Shown here in pieces: positions 40,782 to 55,764 of a stretch of DNA of 64,000 nt. Source of the DNA: Chrysomallon squamiferum (lineage: Eukaryota; Animalia; Mollusca); contig CM022678.1 in the NCBI GenBank assembly GCA_012295275.1, forward strand, positions 62,001-126,000. Direction: 5' to 3'. The position numbers were made by a program, and so were the translations under genes. The notes beneath the pieces are model-generated. The model did not search any database. It was not told the DNA's origin and was given only the letters and a program-made list of their open reading frames with translations. How positions within the stretch are numbered: position 1 is the first letter of the stretch; every line of letters starts with the position of its first letter.

Positions 40782-40818
<37 letters not shown>

Positions 40819-41809
40819 GCGTATCTTCATTTTGTTTCAAGAGACTCCTTTTGTTATTTACTTTGTCTTCATTTAATTTGATTTCACTCAATATTTTCTT
40901 TCATTTCCTTACTTTTTCATTTTAATATTGTTATTATTGTTGCTATTGTTATTATGATTATTATTATTATTAAGTTGTTGATGTTGTTGCTCCTATTGTT
41001 GCTGGGTTTTTTTGTGTTTTTTGCTGTGTTTATTAGCTCCGCAGGTACTTAGATCGCATGTTAATTGTGTTCACTGTCATCATTATTATCATTATCATCA
41101 TCATCATTATATTTATTACTGTTTATTGATTAATTTTAAGTGTGTTATTTATTTTCTTTCTTGCTTTAGTAGACTGTTTTATTTTCCAAAATAGAGCACT
41201 CGCAAACATATATGTACAAACACACAGACATACATATACATTCACAAATGTAAGTATACACACTGCAGAAAACATACATCTATAAAACAGACGTGTAGGT
41301 CGACTTCCAATAACAGCCACTTACACAAAGACAGACGGATAATATATATCTTAAATTATACAAAGGTTTGAGTGCGAGAAACTCATTATTTTATTTATTT
41401 ATTTTTGTTTGTTTTTATTTTATTATATTTATTATTTTATTATTATTGTTATTGTGTATATATATATATATATCTAATGTATGTATATAAATCAAGTTTT
41501 TCATTTAATATGTAGAATTTGTATATTTCCTTGAAAGTAGTAACACTTTTATCAATTGGTTACGTTACATTTTCCATAAATGAGCTTTCTGTATTTCTCT
41601 GTATAACATGTTTCTTGACTTAGTAAATCTATTTAACTTGTGCAGTAAAAATCAAAAACATTCATTGATTTTTAGATATCTTGGTAATTATATGCACGAA
41701 GTACAGATCAGATTGAAAAGAATTTTTTTTTGAATTATTTTATGCATATATTAAGGAATCACTGAACAATTTATATTTGTTTATTCCATGTCATTCAGGG
41801 ATTTTAAAT

Positions 41810-42760
41810 ATATCTTCTGTGTCATTAAGATACAAGCAGAACAGTAAATTAGATCAATTTTCACTAGCAGGAGAAATAGTCCGATAATGAGTTATGTGCA
41901 CTGACACAAGATTTAATATTTCGATATATATTGTAAATTACCTGCACACATTTACCATTTATACCATTGCTAATAAATTTTCACCACTTTGAATGAAAAG
42001 ATTGCTGAAATCTATAAACGTACCAAAACAGTTTTTTCTTCCGTGCTTTCATCAGTTCGATTATACCGTATAGTGTAAAAATTGGGTCATTTGTACAATA
42101 ATCCTTCCTAATCCTGCTTGAACGTCAGTCAGTATATCAGTTTTTTCAAGAAACAACTTTAGTCTATTATTTAACACAGTGTAAAGAGTTGCCGAAGACA
42201 GTTAAGTAATGTAATAAATCTATAATTTTCTGGATTATTTTTATCACCACTTTTATAAATTGAGTAAAAGGAGATATCAATTTCAAAAACAAAATATAAC
42301 AGTTTCACATAATTATGCATCATACAATCAACAGTTTGCTTAATATATTCATTAATTATATTTCTAGACACAAAGTTTTGATGTTCTTGATAAATTTAAC
42401 AACTGTAAGTATTTTACATTCTAAAATAGTATACTTAGTAAACTGTTACTTTCTAAATCTGTGGTAAATTTTTGATGTGGAGGCTGTCATCACTGATGTT
42501 TATGTTAGTAAAGCACAGATCCGGTGTTTCCAAAGGAGGTAGATTACGTTCCTGAAACATTCGCGTGCGTATTTGCTAAGATCTGTAAGTTTCTGTTCTG
42601 TTTCTGTTCTATTTTCCAGTTATATCTTCTTAAATGTTTTAATACTACATTATTGTAGCGTTTACTGGTCTCTGATTGTTTTCCATTGTTTTCTTGTGTT
42701 TTCCTATTGCTAAACTGTTCTAGCTTCAGTGTATTTTCTTCTGTCTTTTGTTAAATGCCT
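41810..42760 (-). mobile_element. Degenerate LINE RT fragment (paralogue of 10320-11010, extends further 5')
   Basis: ORF 42171-42371 contains IYKSGDKNNPENYRFITLLNCLRQLF, the conserved pre-RT motif. Confidence 0.85.
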
Positions 42761-43424
42761 AGGGGGTAGATTTGCTTCGAGTATATCCAATGTATTTACT
42801 CAGGTGTTCACAAATACATTACTGATACAGTTCACAGAGCTGTTAAGCTATTCATGTTAGAAAATATCTCTTACAAGTAGTTTTATCAATATTTCTATCA
42901 TTACCAACTCTTCCATTTATAGTATATTGTTATTTTGCAAAATATACAGATATATAGATAGACAGATAAATAGATAGATAGATAGACAGATCGATAGATA
43001 GATTATATTTATATCAATCTTGTATTCATGACTTTGACCAGAACAGAGATAAAGTACTTTTAGCAGCAGCAATATGCTGATCTACTGATACAGTGAATTT
43101 TCTCATTGAGCACAGATGTAATGATAAAGATGAGAACAGCTGTAAGAAAAGTCAAGTACTCAAAGTAGCAGTGATGTTTAACAGTGCTGATGTTGTTCAG
43201 TGTCTTCTTGATAAAAGAGTGATCCCGGACTCTGACATGCGAAACTCATTTTTCATTTGAGTTTTCATTTTGAAAATAGTTATGACCAAATCAAATTACA
43301 ATATTTCTATTTCTTTAATTTATTCAATTATAAAACAATAAACACACGAACGAAAAGGGTTATCGTCTGGTATATTTAATGTAAGTATGACAGAAACAGG
43401 CCTGACATCAGACCAGTTTTGTCT

Positions 43425-43500
43425 CCAGACGCAGTGACCCAACTTTTCTACCTTGCGCGTTATGTCTGTTTAGCAGAGAATAAAGATGGCGCCAGTAAGG
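43425..43500 (+). promoter_or_regulatory. Candidate promoter/first exon of gene A
   Basis: CpG patch with YY1-type aagatggcgc followed by ca|gtaagg. Lies in a block paralogous to the region upstream of gene B (23718-24030). Confidence 0.35.
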
Positions 43501-43832
43501 GTCCATTAACTCGATAGAGGATTAAAATGTTAATTGGTTTCGTCAAATGTTGATACTGATGTAAATTTCAAAAGCTTCAAAAAATATAGACACTGATTAA
43601 AAATATTTTCTGTAGAGAACGTTTAGTCAGCTTTAATAACCCAGGTTAATTTCATATGTATTCGTTTGGTATAATTATAATTTAATATTGAAATATAGTA
43701 AAGGTGAGGTCTTTCTAAGCAACAACTACAACAATAATCAATCAATAAATAATAAAAACAAATTGTTGACTAAAAAAACACCAAACAAACAAAAAAAACA
43801 AATGAACGAACAAAGAACAAATTGATGATAAC

Positions 43833-43884
<52 letters not shown>

Positions 43885-45835
43885 TTTTTTTTTCTCAATT
43901 TCGAATTTTAACATGCAGTCTTTTCTCATTAAAATTATTTTCGACGAGGCCACATAAGATTCGTATTAGCCATGTGTTCATTAAAAGAACATTTAACTAT
44001 TTATTAACCTTTAGTTCGTATAAACACGATGTTAACTCTTTTGTGTGTAGAAGAAAAACAGCAGTGTCTGGACTCTTTCACAAATTTATATAATCTCTTA
44101 CGTTTGTGTAAAAACTATAATCTCTTTCAAATGTCAAAAAAAAAAAAAAACACCCCAAAAACATAAACAAAAAGACGACAACAAAATAAAAGATTGATAT
44201 AGTTATGATTAGAAAGTAGTTTAATATCATAATTTTACCTTCCTTTTTTTTTTTTCTTACAGTTAGAGTTACATTTTGTGGTTAGAAAATTGAAATAATT
44301 AGATAAGAAGAAAATTAAACTAACCAGATAGCAATAAAATTAAATAACAATAGCTAAACGGCAAGAAAATACAAATAACTAGATAGCAAGAAAATCAAAA
44401 TAAGTATTTAGAAAGACAAAAACACATATATGTACTGTTTTAGTACAGGATTATGTAATTTATATTACATGTATGTAAGATTACCATTAAAATAATAATA
44501 ATAAATAGATAAATAGACAAAATAACAAACGTCTGAACCTAAATTCATTTGAACAGTTTAAAACTATGACGACATTCACACAACTTTGACCGCTGTTTCT
44601 AGCTACAGAACTTGGCTAGTAAAGAATATTTTAAATTACATGGAATAATATTACATATTTTTATCAATCTATTCTTTTAAAGTCTCTCTCTAAACACATC
44701 AGCCAAATCTTCTTTTAACTGATATAGTAGAAATTTTTACTTGTTATGTACATTTATCTATTTATCTATCTCGGTATCTATGTATGTATATGTATGTTTG
44801 TATCTATTATTATTTCGCTGTTGTTGCTTATTTCTTATCCTCAAGACAGAGAAATGGTGGTCCACATTAAAATTGTTCATAACAATATTTTTATTTATCG
44901 TCGTCTCATAATTTCACCTATTACAAGACCATAAATTTATAATTATTTGAATATATATATATATATATTCAAATATAAAAATGTTCAAAGCTGACGTATG
45001 GTTCTATCTTGTCTGCAAATAAATTTTGAAAGAATAGGTAGGGTTACTGTTGTTGCTGCGTTAATCTATAACTTCGTTTACATATTCGCAGAAGAGAATT
45101 TGTTTCTAGAAAGAAAGTTTCCAGTGGAGACATTTTATTTATCAAAAATAAAAAGGGTTTCTTTTTTCTTTTTTTATTTCTTTTTACTTTTTTAAACATT
45201 AGTTTTAGTTATATAGCATTAGTTCTTCCCAAGACGAAATACTTATAATTATTAATATAACTCAAAAATAAACAAACTATAATAATACAAAAATAAAATA
45301 AAATAAAATAAAATAAATTTATAAATATAAACAAATAATCGTAATAAATAAATAAATAAAATGAATTATTACACTGAAGGATGGCTGATTTCAAATAATT
45401 CTAAATTTATGGAATCGTAATGGGTGAACATTTTATTGTATAGTAGAACAGGTGAAACCATGTAGTGAAATATTTTTAGTTGTCACTGGATAGAAATAAT
45501 GTTACATCTTCTCTGTCGTAGAATGAAATCAGAGCTTTTTTGTATTTGTCTGTGTAACATGTTTCTTGACTTAGTAAATCTATTTAACTTGTGAAAAGTA
45601 ATATATCAAGATACTTGTAACTTTCTTCATTATCAAGTTTTAATTTTATTTTTAATTTTATTTAAAAAAAAAAAAAAAATTGTAATATTTGTAGCTGCCA
45701 TTAAAAGTTAAGACTTTCGTCTTTTTACAGTTTACTGTTAGTTTCCATTTAGTGCAGTGAGAATCACAAACATTTATGAATTTTTACATATCTTGATAAT
45801 TATGTGCACGAACTACAGTGTCAGGGGTATAAAGT

Positions 45836-45884
<49 letters not shown>

Positions 45885-46024
45885 TTATAAATAGAAGTGA
45901 TTTAAATGTATTGAACTGTAAAATTTATATCTGCGATTGTCTTAAAGCTGCCTGGAACAAACAAAATTAAATTCAGTGTTGATATTTCTGGTTTTAGAGA
46001 ATTTCATTACACTAAAAATGACAT

Positions 46025-46699
46025 CTACGTCATGTCATTCTCCCCGTCGCCTTCATACGCAACGCCTACCATCTGCAGACACAAAACCTGGATTCGTCTG
46101 TGAATAAACGTCTGATCCCATTGTCTGCGTCGCCTGTGTTGATGTATTCTGGCCCCTTTGAGATGTTTCCGAAGGTGACGCGCTGTCAGGGGAACATCTA
46201 CAACACGGTGACGTGCTTGTAATCCAGCAGCATGGAGACTGCTAGGGACAGTTTGAGCATGAATTCTAGTGTGTGTGGTTTGCTGAAAACTACGGGATAA
46301 ATGTCGAGCACTTTCGAACCTCTGACGTCTAAATCTTCCCTTTGAGTAGTTAATCTGGTCTACCAGAACGTGGTCGATCACGGTGTACGCGCTGGCGGAG
46401 ACGTGACATGGTACTTCTACATGAAAGTACTGAGCGACGTCGTGTACACGTTGGCCGGCGTTAACCCGTCCCATTGCTTCATAACGTTGATTTTCCGTTA
46501 AGCCAGAACGGCGACCCATCAAAATAAGATAACTTCTTTCTTTTGTTTTTGGCGCGCGATATGACAAATGGTGACTTTTTCATTATCCAAAGCCATAGGG
46601 AATATGCATCTAACATATTACAAAGTTTTATCACTTATTTCAATTTATTTGGAAGCAACAGTCATTTACAAAAACTTGCTAAACTTTTCTGGTTAGGTA
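46025..46699 (-). mobile_element. 5' part of a Tc1-family DNA transposon (truncated, frameshifted transposase)
   Basis: Paired-like HTH (LTENQRYEAMGRVNAGQRVHDVAQYFHV), RRQRFESA..L, TV..LHAAGL.AR, PLTARH. The shifted frame gives FTDESRF and DGR (first catalytic Asp). A TIR-like end ta..ctaaccagaaaagtttagcaag lies near 46699. Confidence 0.85.
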
Positions 46700-47561
46700 T
46701 ATTTTTAACTCCTTAAGTAAATCTACTATTGACGGTTAAAGTTATAATTTCTTTGTTCTTGGAATTTGAGACAGAAATAATAATATAAAAGGCTTCTAAT
46801 AAACGGCCCCCTCCGATAAAAGAAAAAAAAGTAGCGGGTTATTGTCTGAATGCAGTTGAATGTTTACTTGTCATTGAACTCTCAAACTACAGATGTAACA
46901 CAGAGTCTCAAAAGTAACATTTTCTCTCTGCATCAGCTTTTTAAACTATTTTATGGACTCTGCAGCTCCATACGTTGAAATGTTTTGTCTTTAGTATTAG
47001 ATGGGACAGGTGATTATGTGATAATACTTTGATAAAAATAATCTGACACTTAATACAACAGTGGGTTGTTTCCCAACTCAAATTCTCTGTTTACTGTAAT
47101 GTATTTGTAAAAAAAAAGGTTTACTAGTCACTCAGAGCGTTTTTCCAGATAAATATAACAATAAATTTAAAACAGATGTCACTCTTTTGTGTTCAGATAA
47201 TTTAACACTTGAGTTCTTCAGTAGACCACACTTTCAGCTTTGCTCATATTTAACTGTATTCAGTTACTTACTTAATACGACATATTTCTGGAACAAATAA
47301 TTATAAAATAGTGAGAAATACTTCAAATCCGGATAATGCTGAAACATGTTGTACAAGATTGTTTTTTTCATCATTGTGTCTGTTTGTATAAACACACTGA
47401 GAATATGTTGCTTTCAGCTTTCAATAATCTGCAACATTCTCCATTCCAAATCTTGATCACTTCATGATTTCATGTTAATGTACGGACACATTTTCTCTCT
47501 TCTGTGGTTAGCATCTTGAAAAAAAATAATTAAAGCCAATACAGTATTTACTCTTTCACAG

Positions 47562-47624
47562 GAGGATAACTGGCAACAAACATAATTAACAGTCCACATG
47601 CTCATATAGAAAACAATCAACTGC
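47562..47624 (+). pseudogene. Dead RHIM-like micro-exon (G*LATNIINSPHAHIENNQL)
   Basis: tttcacag| acceptor, 63 nt, in-frame TAA, donor mutated to ataagt. Clearly related to 50470-50529. Confidence 0.65.
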
Positions 47625-47756
47625 ATAAGTTAACTGTTTTGTGGACCGGATTTTAAGTTCATTTTACACCGGGTTAACAACGCCTGAAATCAGAATGGTT
47701 TATTACTTTGATATGGGATGAAATGAATTACATTACTGATAAAAGTGATATTATAC

Positions 47757-47799
<43 letters not shown>

Positions 47800-48676
47800 T
47801 CCATTCCTTTTATACAGCTGTTCTGACTATATACAAGACCCAGTGGTAACCCAAATGTGCTCCAGCATTTTCAAATCTGGACTCATGACTGGCCAAGGCA
47901 GAATTGTTAAAACTTTGTTTTATAGTTGGGCTGTTACTTGATGAGATTACCAATGACAGTGATTGTAGTGAAGTTGATACCCAGTACATTTGCTGGACAT
48001 CATTTTTGTATCCATTCCTTTTATCTGCCATATTTTTGCCTCTGATGTCCTCCTTCATGTAATATATACTGTGAATGACACAATACAATGGAGTTAAATA
48101 TGCATATATGATGTAGAATATTCTGCAGTTTGGAAAACTCATGGGTGGACATTGGTAAGTTTTCACTTATGGTGTTTGTATAACTTAATTTAGTACTGAT
48201 ATTGAGAAAACTGAGCATATAACTTACTAAAAGTATTCTGGTGTTATCTATATATTTCCATTGCTTATGTTACAATTTAGTTTTAGTACTGAGAAAACTA
48301 AGAATATGTTTTATTGAAACTATTATGATAGTATCTGTTCATTTTCATTGTTTATTTAACTTAATTTAATATTAGTATTGAAAAATATGTAAATATAAGT
48401 TATTGAAACTACTTTTACATTGTTTGTTTTACTTAATATAGTAAAATTATTTTATGATATGTTCATTTATATTGTTTATATAGCACAGTTTGATATTAGG
48501 GTTGACAAAACTAAAACTATAACTTAGTTACTATTCTGATATATTAAGTACACTTGACAAAATTAAGAGTATAACATAGTAAAACTGTTCTGATAATTAT
48601 TATATTTACATAATTTAATAGTGCAGTTCAGAAAACAGACTATAAAGGCTTTGTGATAATGATTACATTTTTACAG

Positions 48677-50529
48677 GTCATACCAACAAGATAACATAAA
48701 AAGTTCAGAAGTATCTTCTAACAGCAGAAATGTCTCTTCTTCAGAGAGTATGACAAAATTGTTTATATCTTTATCAATCAGTATACATAAATCTAGTGCT
48801 TACCTTTGGATAAGAAATTCGAAATGGACAAAATTATTATTTATGTGTAACGATGTAGCTTTTAAATTGTTGTTTACTTTTTATTATCATTTGTAAACTG
48901 ACACTTTTCTGATTTATATTGTAAATAAATTAACAATTTAAAGGGTTCTAAGTACTTTCTGACAGACGAAATTAAAAAAAATAATAATAATAAAAAAATA
49001 AATAAAAAAATAACATAAAATAAAAATAATTGCATACTAATTACTCCTGACTATTATAATTATTGTGTTCACCATTATTTACTGTAATGCTTAGGTCATA
49101 TGTCACAACATCTATGCATAATTAGTTAACAATACTAAGCACATTTGTTAAGAAACACATATTGCTGTATTCAGTAATACATTTTAGACAGACTGTATTA
49201 TACTGTATGTTGCCATATCTCTACATACAGATTAAAAACATTTGCTGTGTGTTACAAACATGCAGACATTCATTACATAGACACACACAAATATATTCAG
49301 AGACACATGTGTGCTGTCATATCTCTACATATATATAAAACAGTTTTTTGTGTTTCAAAAATTGCTACAACATTTTATAATTATATCTAATTCTCAGTAT
49401 TTTGCAGGTAAAAACATTTTTTGAAATTATGCATTGAAGTTGTGAATTATAAAAGTGTGTTTACTCTGTTTTACTGCAGGACTAATGTCAAGTAATATAT
49501 ATCATTCTGGTTCTACTGAAATGACAGGTAACACTATACCCGGTAAGTTAAAAACTGAAAGTTTTCTCTTCTCTATATATTTAATAGTGTAACAGAATAC
49601 ACAGTAGACATTAGTACTTTGCTATCAGACACTGTTACCTGAATAACATTGAAACACGCACATAAATAGAAAGATACAATAAATATAAACATACATACTT
49701 GTACCTACAGTTAGCTCATACACAGAAAACAGACATACACAGACATACACATAAATACATTCAGACTGAGACACACTATATGTATGTTAAACTGTATGCT
49801 GTCATGTTTCTACATATATATAAAAACATTGTTTTGTTTTTCAAAAATTGCTACATTTTATAATTATATCTAATTCTCAGTATTTTGCAGATAAAAACAT
49901 TTTTAGAAATTATGCATTGAAATTGTGAATTATAAAAAAGTATTTGCTCTCTTTCACTGCAGTACAACTGCCAGCAGATGCATCTCATTCTGTTTCTTCT
50001 CAAATAGGAAATAACTATGTATCCGGTAAGTTAATAACTGAAAGTTTTCTGTTCTCTACATGTTTAATAGATAACAGAATACATACTAAATATTAGTACT
50101 TTTTTCTCAGACACTGTGACCTGAACAACATAGAAAGATGCACATTAATACATAGACACAATACATATGAATATACATACCTGTACCTACATTTAGCACA
50201 TACACAGAACACATACATACACATATATATATGCAGACGTGCAGTACACAGATATACACACAGATATATTCAGACTGAGATACAGTGTATGTATGTTAAA
50301 CTGCATGATGTCATATCTCTTACATATATATAAAATCAAAATGTGTTTCAAACACTGGTGCTGCATTTAATAATTACATCTAATTCACAGAATCTTGCAG
50401 GTAAAACATTTTTAGATATTATGCATTAAATTTATGAATAATAAAATATATATTTACTTTGTTTCACAGGACAGTCCTTAATAAACATAATTAACAGTCC
50501 AGGTGCTAAAGTAGGAGATATTAAACTGA
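48677..50529 (+). CDS. Gene A micro-exon chain (48677-48747, 49480-49542, 49963-50025, 50470-50529)
   Basis: Canonical AG/GT boundaries; lengths 71, 63, 63 and 60 nt. Spliced frame is open: SYQQDNIKSSEVSSNSRNVSSSE-RLMSSNIYHSGSTEMTGNTIP-VQLPADASHSVSSQIGNNYVS-GQSLINIINSPGAKVGDIKL. Confidence 0.7.
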
Positions 50530-53500
50530 GTAAGTTAAAAACTGAAAGTTTTCTTTTGTGTGTCTGTTTAATATATAACACATCACGAGTGCAATACACA
50601 TCACGAGGAGACGAGTGCAGATTGTTATATATGAAAATATTTAGAATCCTCATCTAATATCTTTTCCAATACATCATGTATATAACTTGAAACTGACTAA
50701 GTTGTAGCAGTTTCTAATAATGTTTATGCAACAGAATACCCAAGTAACCAATAGCTTGCGGAAATATTCAGGAATTTCAGATTATAGAATTAAAAAACGT
50801 TGTTACGGTGAATGCAGCAGGTCAGAAATATGAAAATGTGTCCAGATGCTAAAACGATGGTCAGTGACAGATTAAAAACAGGTCTGTAAAAGAAATACTT
50901 AGTAGAAGTATCAGTGTTATTAACATACTGAAGTGCACATTTCATATCATGTTTCAGAGTTTCAACTTTTTATTATGATCTCATTATGTGCATACACTGA
51001 GATGGCAATGTGTGTATGTATGTTTCTTGATAGATACAAAGATATTTGTAAAGTTGATGAAGGTTTTGTCCTGTTTTGGCACTCATGATCTTAGTGGATG
51101 TAACCTAAAACAGCAGTGAAGTACACAAGTAAAACCTAATTAACAGACAAGCTGACGTCACCAAGCTCACTCAGTAACTGTTTAGAAGTCATTTTACCGC
51201 AGTGTTGACCTTCTAGCAACATAGCTAAATATTACCAGACAAAACTACTTATTTTTCATTAAATCAAACACTGAGTCAAAGTTTTGACACCATTAATGTT
51301 GCCCAGAACAAAGTCTGTGCTGCAGAGGTTACCCTAATAAAACCAAAACCTTGTTAACTAAGAAATTGTAATTTTGAGAGCAACATTAATATTTTTGATA
51401 CAAGTAATATCATTTTTTCCTTTGAGTGAGGGGAGTAAAAGAAATGAAAAAATATTTTAATTGTTTTACCTGTTCGGAAATAGCTGTCCGATCTATGTGT
51501 GCAGGGCTGGAAATCAAAGCATTTTGTTTCATTTTAACTATTCTCGTTTTTTTACTTTAACAATTTCAAAAATTACTTATTATTCCTCTATAATTATCAA
51601 AGCAACATTAATTATCCATAACACTTCCGGCTTTTACCTATGAAACTAAATAAATTACACTTTATTAACAGAAAAAAAACAGAAAGAAAGAAACTTTATA
51701 TAACTGTATTAATTTATTGCAGTCATAATCCTTAGTTGATATGTATTATTACTCATTTATAAACTATAATACATAATTTTAAGTAGTGTTACGGAAAAGA
51801 AAATGATTATGCAAACATTTTTTGAATTACGTAGAATTTACACACACACAGACACATAAAAACATAAATAAATTAACACAAACATTCACACATACAAACA
51901 TATTCAGGCATAGAAAAAGTTTTGACTGAGATTTTCTTCTTAAACTGTTGATATAACTCAACATGACTATATATGCCTGTCATTATTATCACCTGTAAAT
52001 ACTAAATATACTGCAAAGCATACATAACATCAACAGCAACAACAACAACAACAATAATAATAATAACAATAACAACAGCAACAATAAACAGTGGGGCATC
52101 TAAGGCACTCACAAGCGACCCGTAATTAACACCATCGTCACGTAACCAAATTAGAACCCTTTATTGGGCATAACACTCTTCCTCCAAAATAACACTAACT
52201 ATACATAGGAAACTCCCTGTATCGGGTAGATAGCTACCCAATTTGGCTTGACTCTAAGGCCATATATGTATTTATATTTAATGTTAAATCATTAGAAACA
52301 CAAAAACAGAAGTTTGGATTAAAGAATATATGATCTAATAATAGTTATTTACCAAGTAAGCTTACAATGTCTGCACAGCCGATTGCAAACAGTTTTACGC
52401 CACAAAATTCACATACTTGAACATGTGAGAGATATTTCATATGTTTAAACTAGGAAACCCCAAGATGTATTTGAAGATGCAAGTATATCAAACTAATGTT
52501 CTGTTTAGCAGGACATTGACGTGACAGTCAGTTAATAATAACACCATTGTGGTATCTATGTTTACAATTACTGATGGTCAGTGTTGATCTCAGATACCCA
52601 CTATTCTCACCCACTGTTTCAGAGATAACAGTCTACAGTTACTGTGATGAGTCTGATCTCAGATTACCAGCCGTGCTCCAAATTAATGGTTATACCAGTG
52701 ATTCTCAACAAGTGTGCATGGCAATTGATTCTCAACCAGTGTGCCGCAAACTTTTGTAGAAAAAACAGTTTGAGAAAAAAAACACGATTGACTGACCTGT
52801 CATTCAGAAACATGGAAAATCATTCTGTTGTTAATCATCACAAAGTTGTAATAACTTGTCACATGTTTTCACTCATTATTTCAGTGCTTAAATTTTTCCA
52901 AGTGTATATTTGTGACATTTCCATTTGTATTGTTTATATCATGTTTATATTGTTTATATATTTTGGGATCAATTCCTCCTACATTAATTTGAGTGAGTAT
53001 AATTACAACTATTCAGATATTATCTGTACATTTATATTGTTTATATAACAAAATTTTGTAATAGCATTAAGTTTAAGTTATTCTGATATTACTAGTGTTA
53101 ATCCTATATTATTTAACTTCAAGCCCAACTGTGATTGTTCTACATGTTTTAACATTATTTGCAATTTGTGATGGTTTTCAAAGAAAAACAGAAAGATTTA
53201 AATTCGAACATTTTCAGTATGATAAAATTTTAGAAGACAGTCTATAAGATTAAAACTAGTATTAATACAAGGAACTAGATGTAGGTCTCTAGAAGAGTAT
53301 GCAAGATGTAGGAGGTTTTGGGATCAATTCCTCCTGATAGAATCTTGAGCTGTTTCTATTTTAGCAGTGCAGAACAACTGAGTTATGAAATAGTAACTGT
53401 CTGTGGGTAGGTATAAATGTAATAAGAAATAGTGGACTGTGAAGTGACAACACAGGGTTTTTTCTTGTATTATCTAAATGTTCCTTAATCTTATGTCTAA

Positions 53501-55764
53501 CCTCATATAAATAAAAAAAAATTCTTCCTTCTGTTAAAAAAAACACAACAAAAGAAAATAAAAACTCAAATCCTTATATTACTTTTTACAGTTCAACCAA
53601 TACAGATGACAAAAAAGAGTTCAAAAAATCTTTCTAGCATCACAGCTGATTTTTCCTCTGACAACATCACAGCTGAGTCTTCCTCTGACAACATCACAAC
53701 TGAGTCTTCCATTGACAACATCACAGCTGATTCTTCCTCTGACAACATCACAACTGAGTCTTCCATTGACAACATCACAGCTGAGTCTTCCTCTGACAAC
53801 ATCACAGCTGAGTCTTCCATTGACAACATCACAGCTGAGTCTTCCTCAGGCAACATCACAACTGAGTCTTCCTCGGACAACATCAATCCTAGAGTAATTT
53901 TTATTTATGGTAATACATAGAGCATTTCAATATATTATTTTCTTTATTGATTGGAAACTCTAAGCAGAATTATTATTTGTATCTGTTCCAATGCAGTTTT
54001 TCAATATATTGTTTTGATGGGCAATTCTAATCTGACAAAATTATTATTTATATCTGTAACTGTCTTATATTGTTTACTTTTCTAAAAAGATTATTTGTAA
54101 ACTGACATTTTTTTCTGATTTAAACTGATAATAAATTAACAACTGAAAAGGTTTCATGTACTCTCTACAGGCAAACGTAGCAAAAATAATAAATTTAAAA
54201 ATAGACTAATTATTGTTTCATCATAACTATTATAATTATTCTTGTGTTGACCATTATTTATTTTAATGTTGTAAAGCAATGCTCACATCAAATGTTATCT
54301 ATGTATAATTAGTTAGCATTACTAAAGACAGTTGTTAAAACATATATTGCTATATTCTGTAATACTGTTCACACAGACTGTATTATACTGTATGCTGCCA
54401 TATCTCTATAGATAGATAAAAATTTTCTATATTCTTAGAAATCATGCACTGAAGTTACAGAAATGTTTTTACTCTGTTTCACAGGATCAACGGTGATAAA
54501 TAACATTAGCAGTCAGATTTGTCAATTCAGACATGACAATACAGCCAGTAAGTTAAAGACTGACATTTTTTTCTGATTTAAACTGATAATAAATTAACAA
54601 CTGAAAAGGTTTCATGTACTCTCTTACAGGCAAACGTAGCAAAAATAATAAATTTAAAAAATAGACTAATTATTGTTTCATCATAACTATTATAATTATT
54701 CTTGTGTTGACCATTATTTATTTTAATGTTGTAAAGCAATGCTCACATCAAATGTTATCTATGTATAATTAGTTAGCATTACTAAAGACAGTTGTTAAAA
54801 CATATATTGCTATATTCTGTAATACTGTTCACACAGACTGTATTATACTGTGTGCTGCCATATCTCTATAGATAGACATGACAATACAGCCAGTAAGTTA
54901 AAGACTAAAACTGTTCTCTTCTCTACATTTTTAATAGGTAACAGTCATGAATTTAGATTGCTGTCAGTGCCATAACATTCAGTAATAGATTATCAAAAGG
55001 CTGTTATCATAAAAATTAAATATGTATCTTTGATTAGCAACTGAACTGTAGCCCATATTAGATTTCATGAATTAGTGTCCTTGTCCATAACTATTGATGA
55101 GATATTTCCACTTTCCAACAGCAAAATACAAACAGTTAAATATTATAAATTCCACAAAGTATTACAAATTATATTTTTATTAGATACATGTACACTCTGT
55201 ATACATTTCTGTATTTATAAACCTGGTGGGGGCTTGTCATATTTTGGTTCACACTTTTCTTAATGGATGACTAAAAAAAAACTAATCACCAGGCAAGTTC
55301 ATGTCACCAAACTCATTTGGTCATTTCTGATTTTCAGAAATCATTTTACTACAGTGCAGACTTTCTAGCAACTACTTAGCTAAATTATTAACTACAAAAC
55401 TATTTTCATTAAATAGAAGAAAAAGTGTTATACATTTATTTTGGTATCAAACAATAAAAGCAAGTAGTAATCTGCCACTCACAGCAGTTAAATAGTCTCT
55501 CTCTCTGTGTGTGAAACCTAATCACTTAAACATGGTCATATAACTGGCATTTCCTTGACCAATAACATGTCACATATAGAAATGCATACATGTATACTAA
55601 TCAAACATAATTTAAACATGTAGTTTGTGGACAGTATAACACATACTAGTTACAAAATAATAGTTGAAGGATCAATTTTTTTTAACATGGATATTACAGT
55701 TACTTTTCTATAAAATCAACACAATTACAAATGCATATTCAGAACTGTCTTAATGAGTAATATC

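Noticed and set aside
47920-48153. Exon-like, hydrophobic segment ending in g|gtaagt (similar cases at 14640-14776 and 16401-16580)
   Set aside because: Stops in the candidate frames and no identifiable family.
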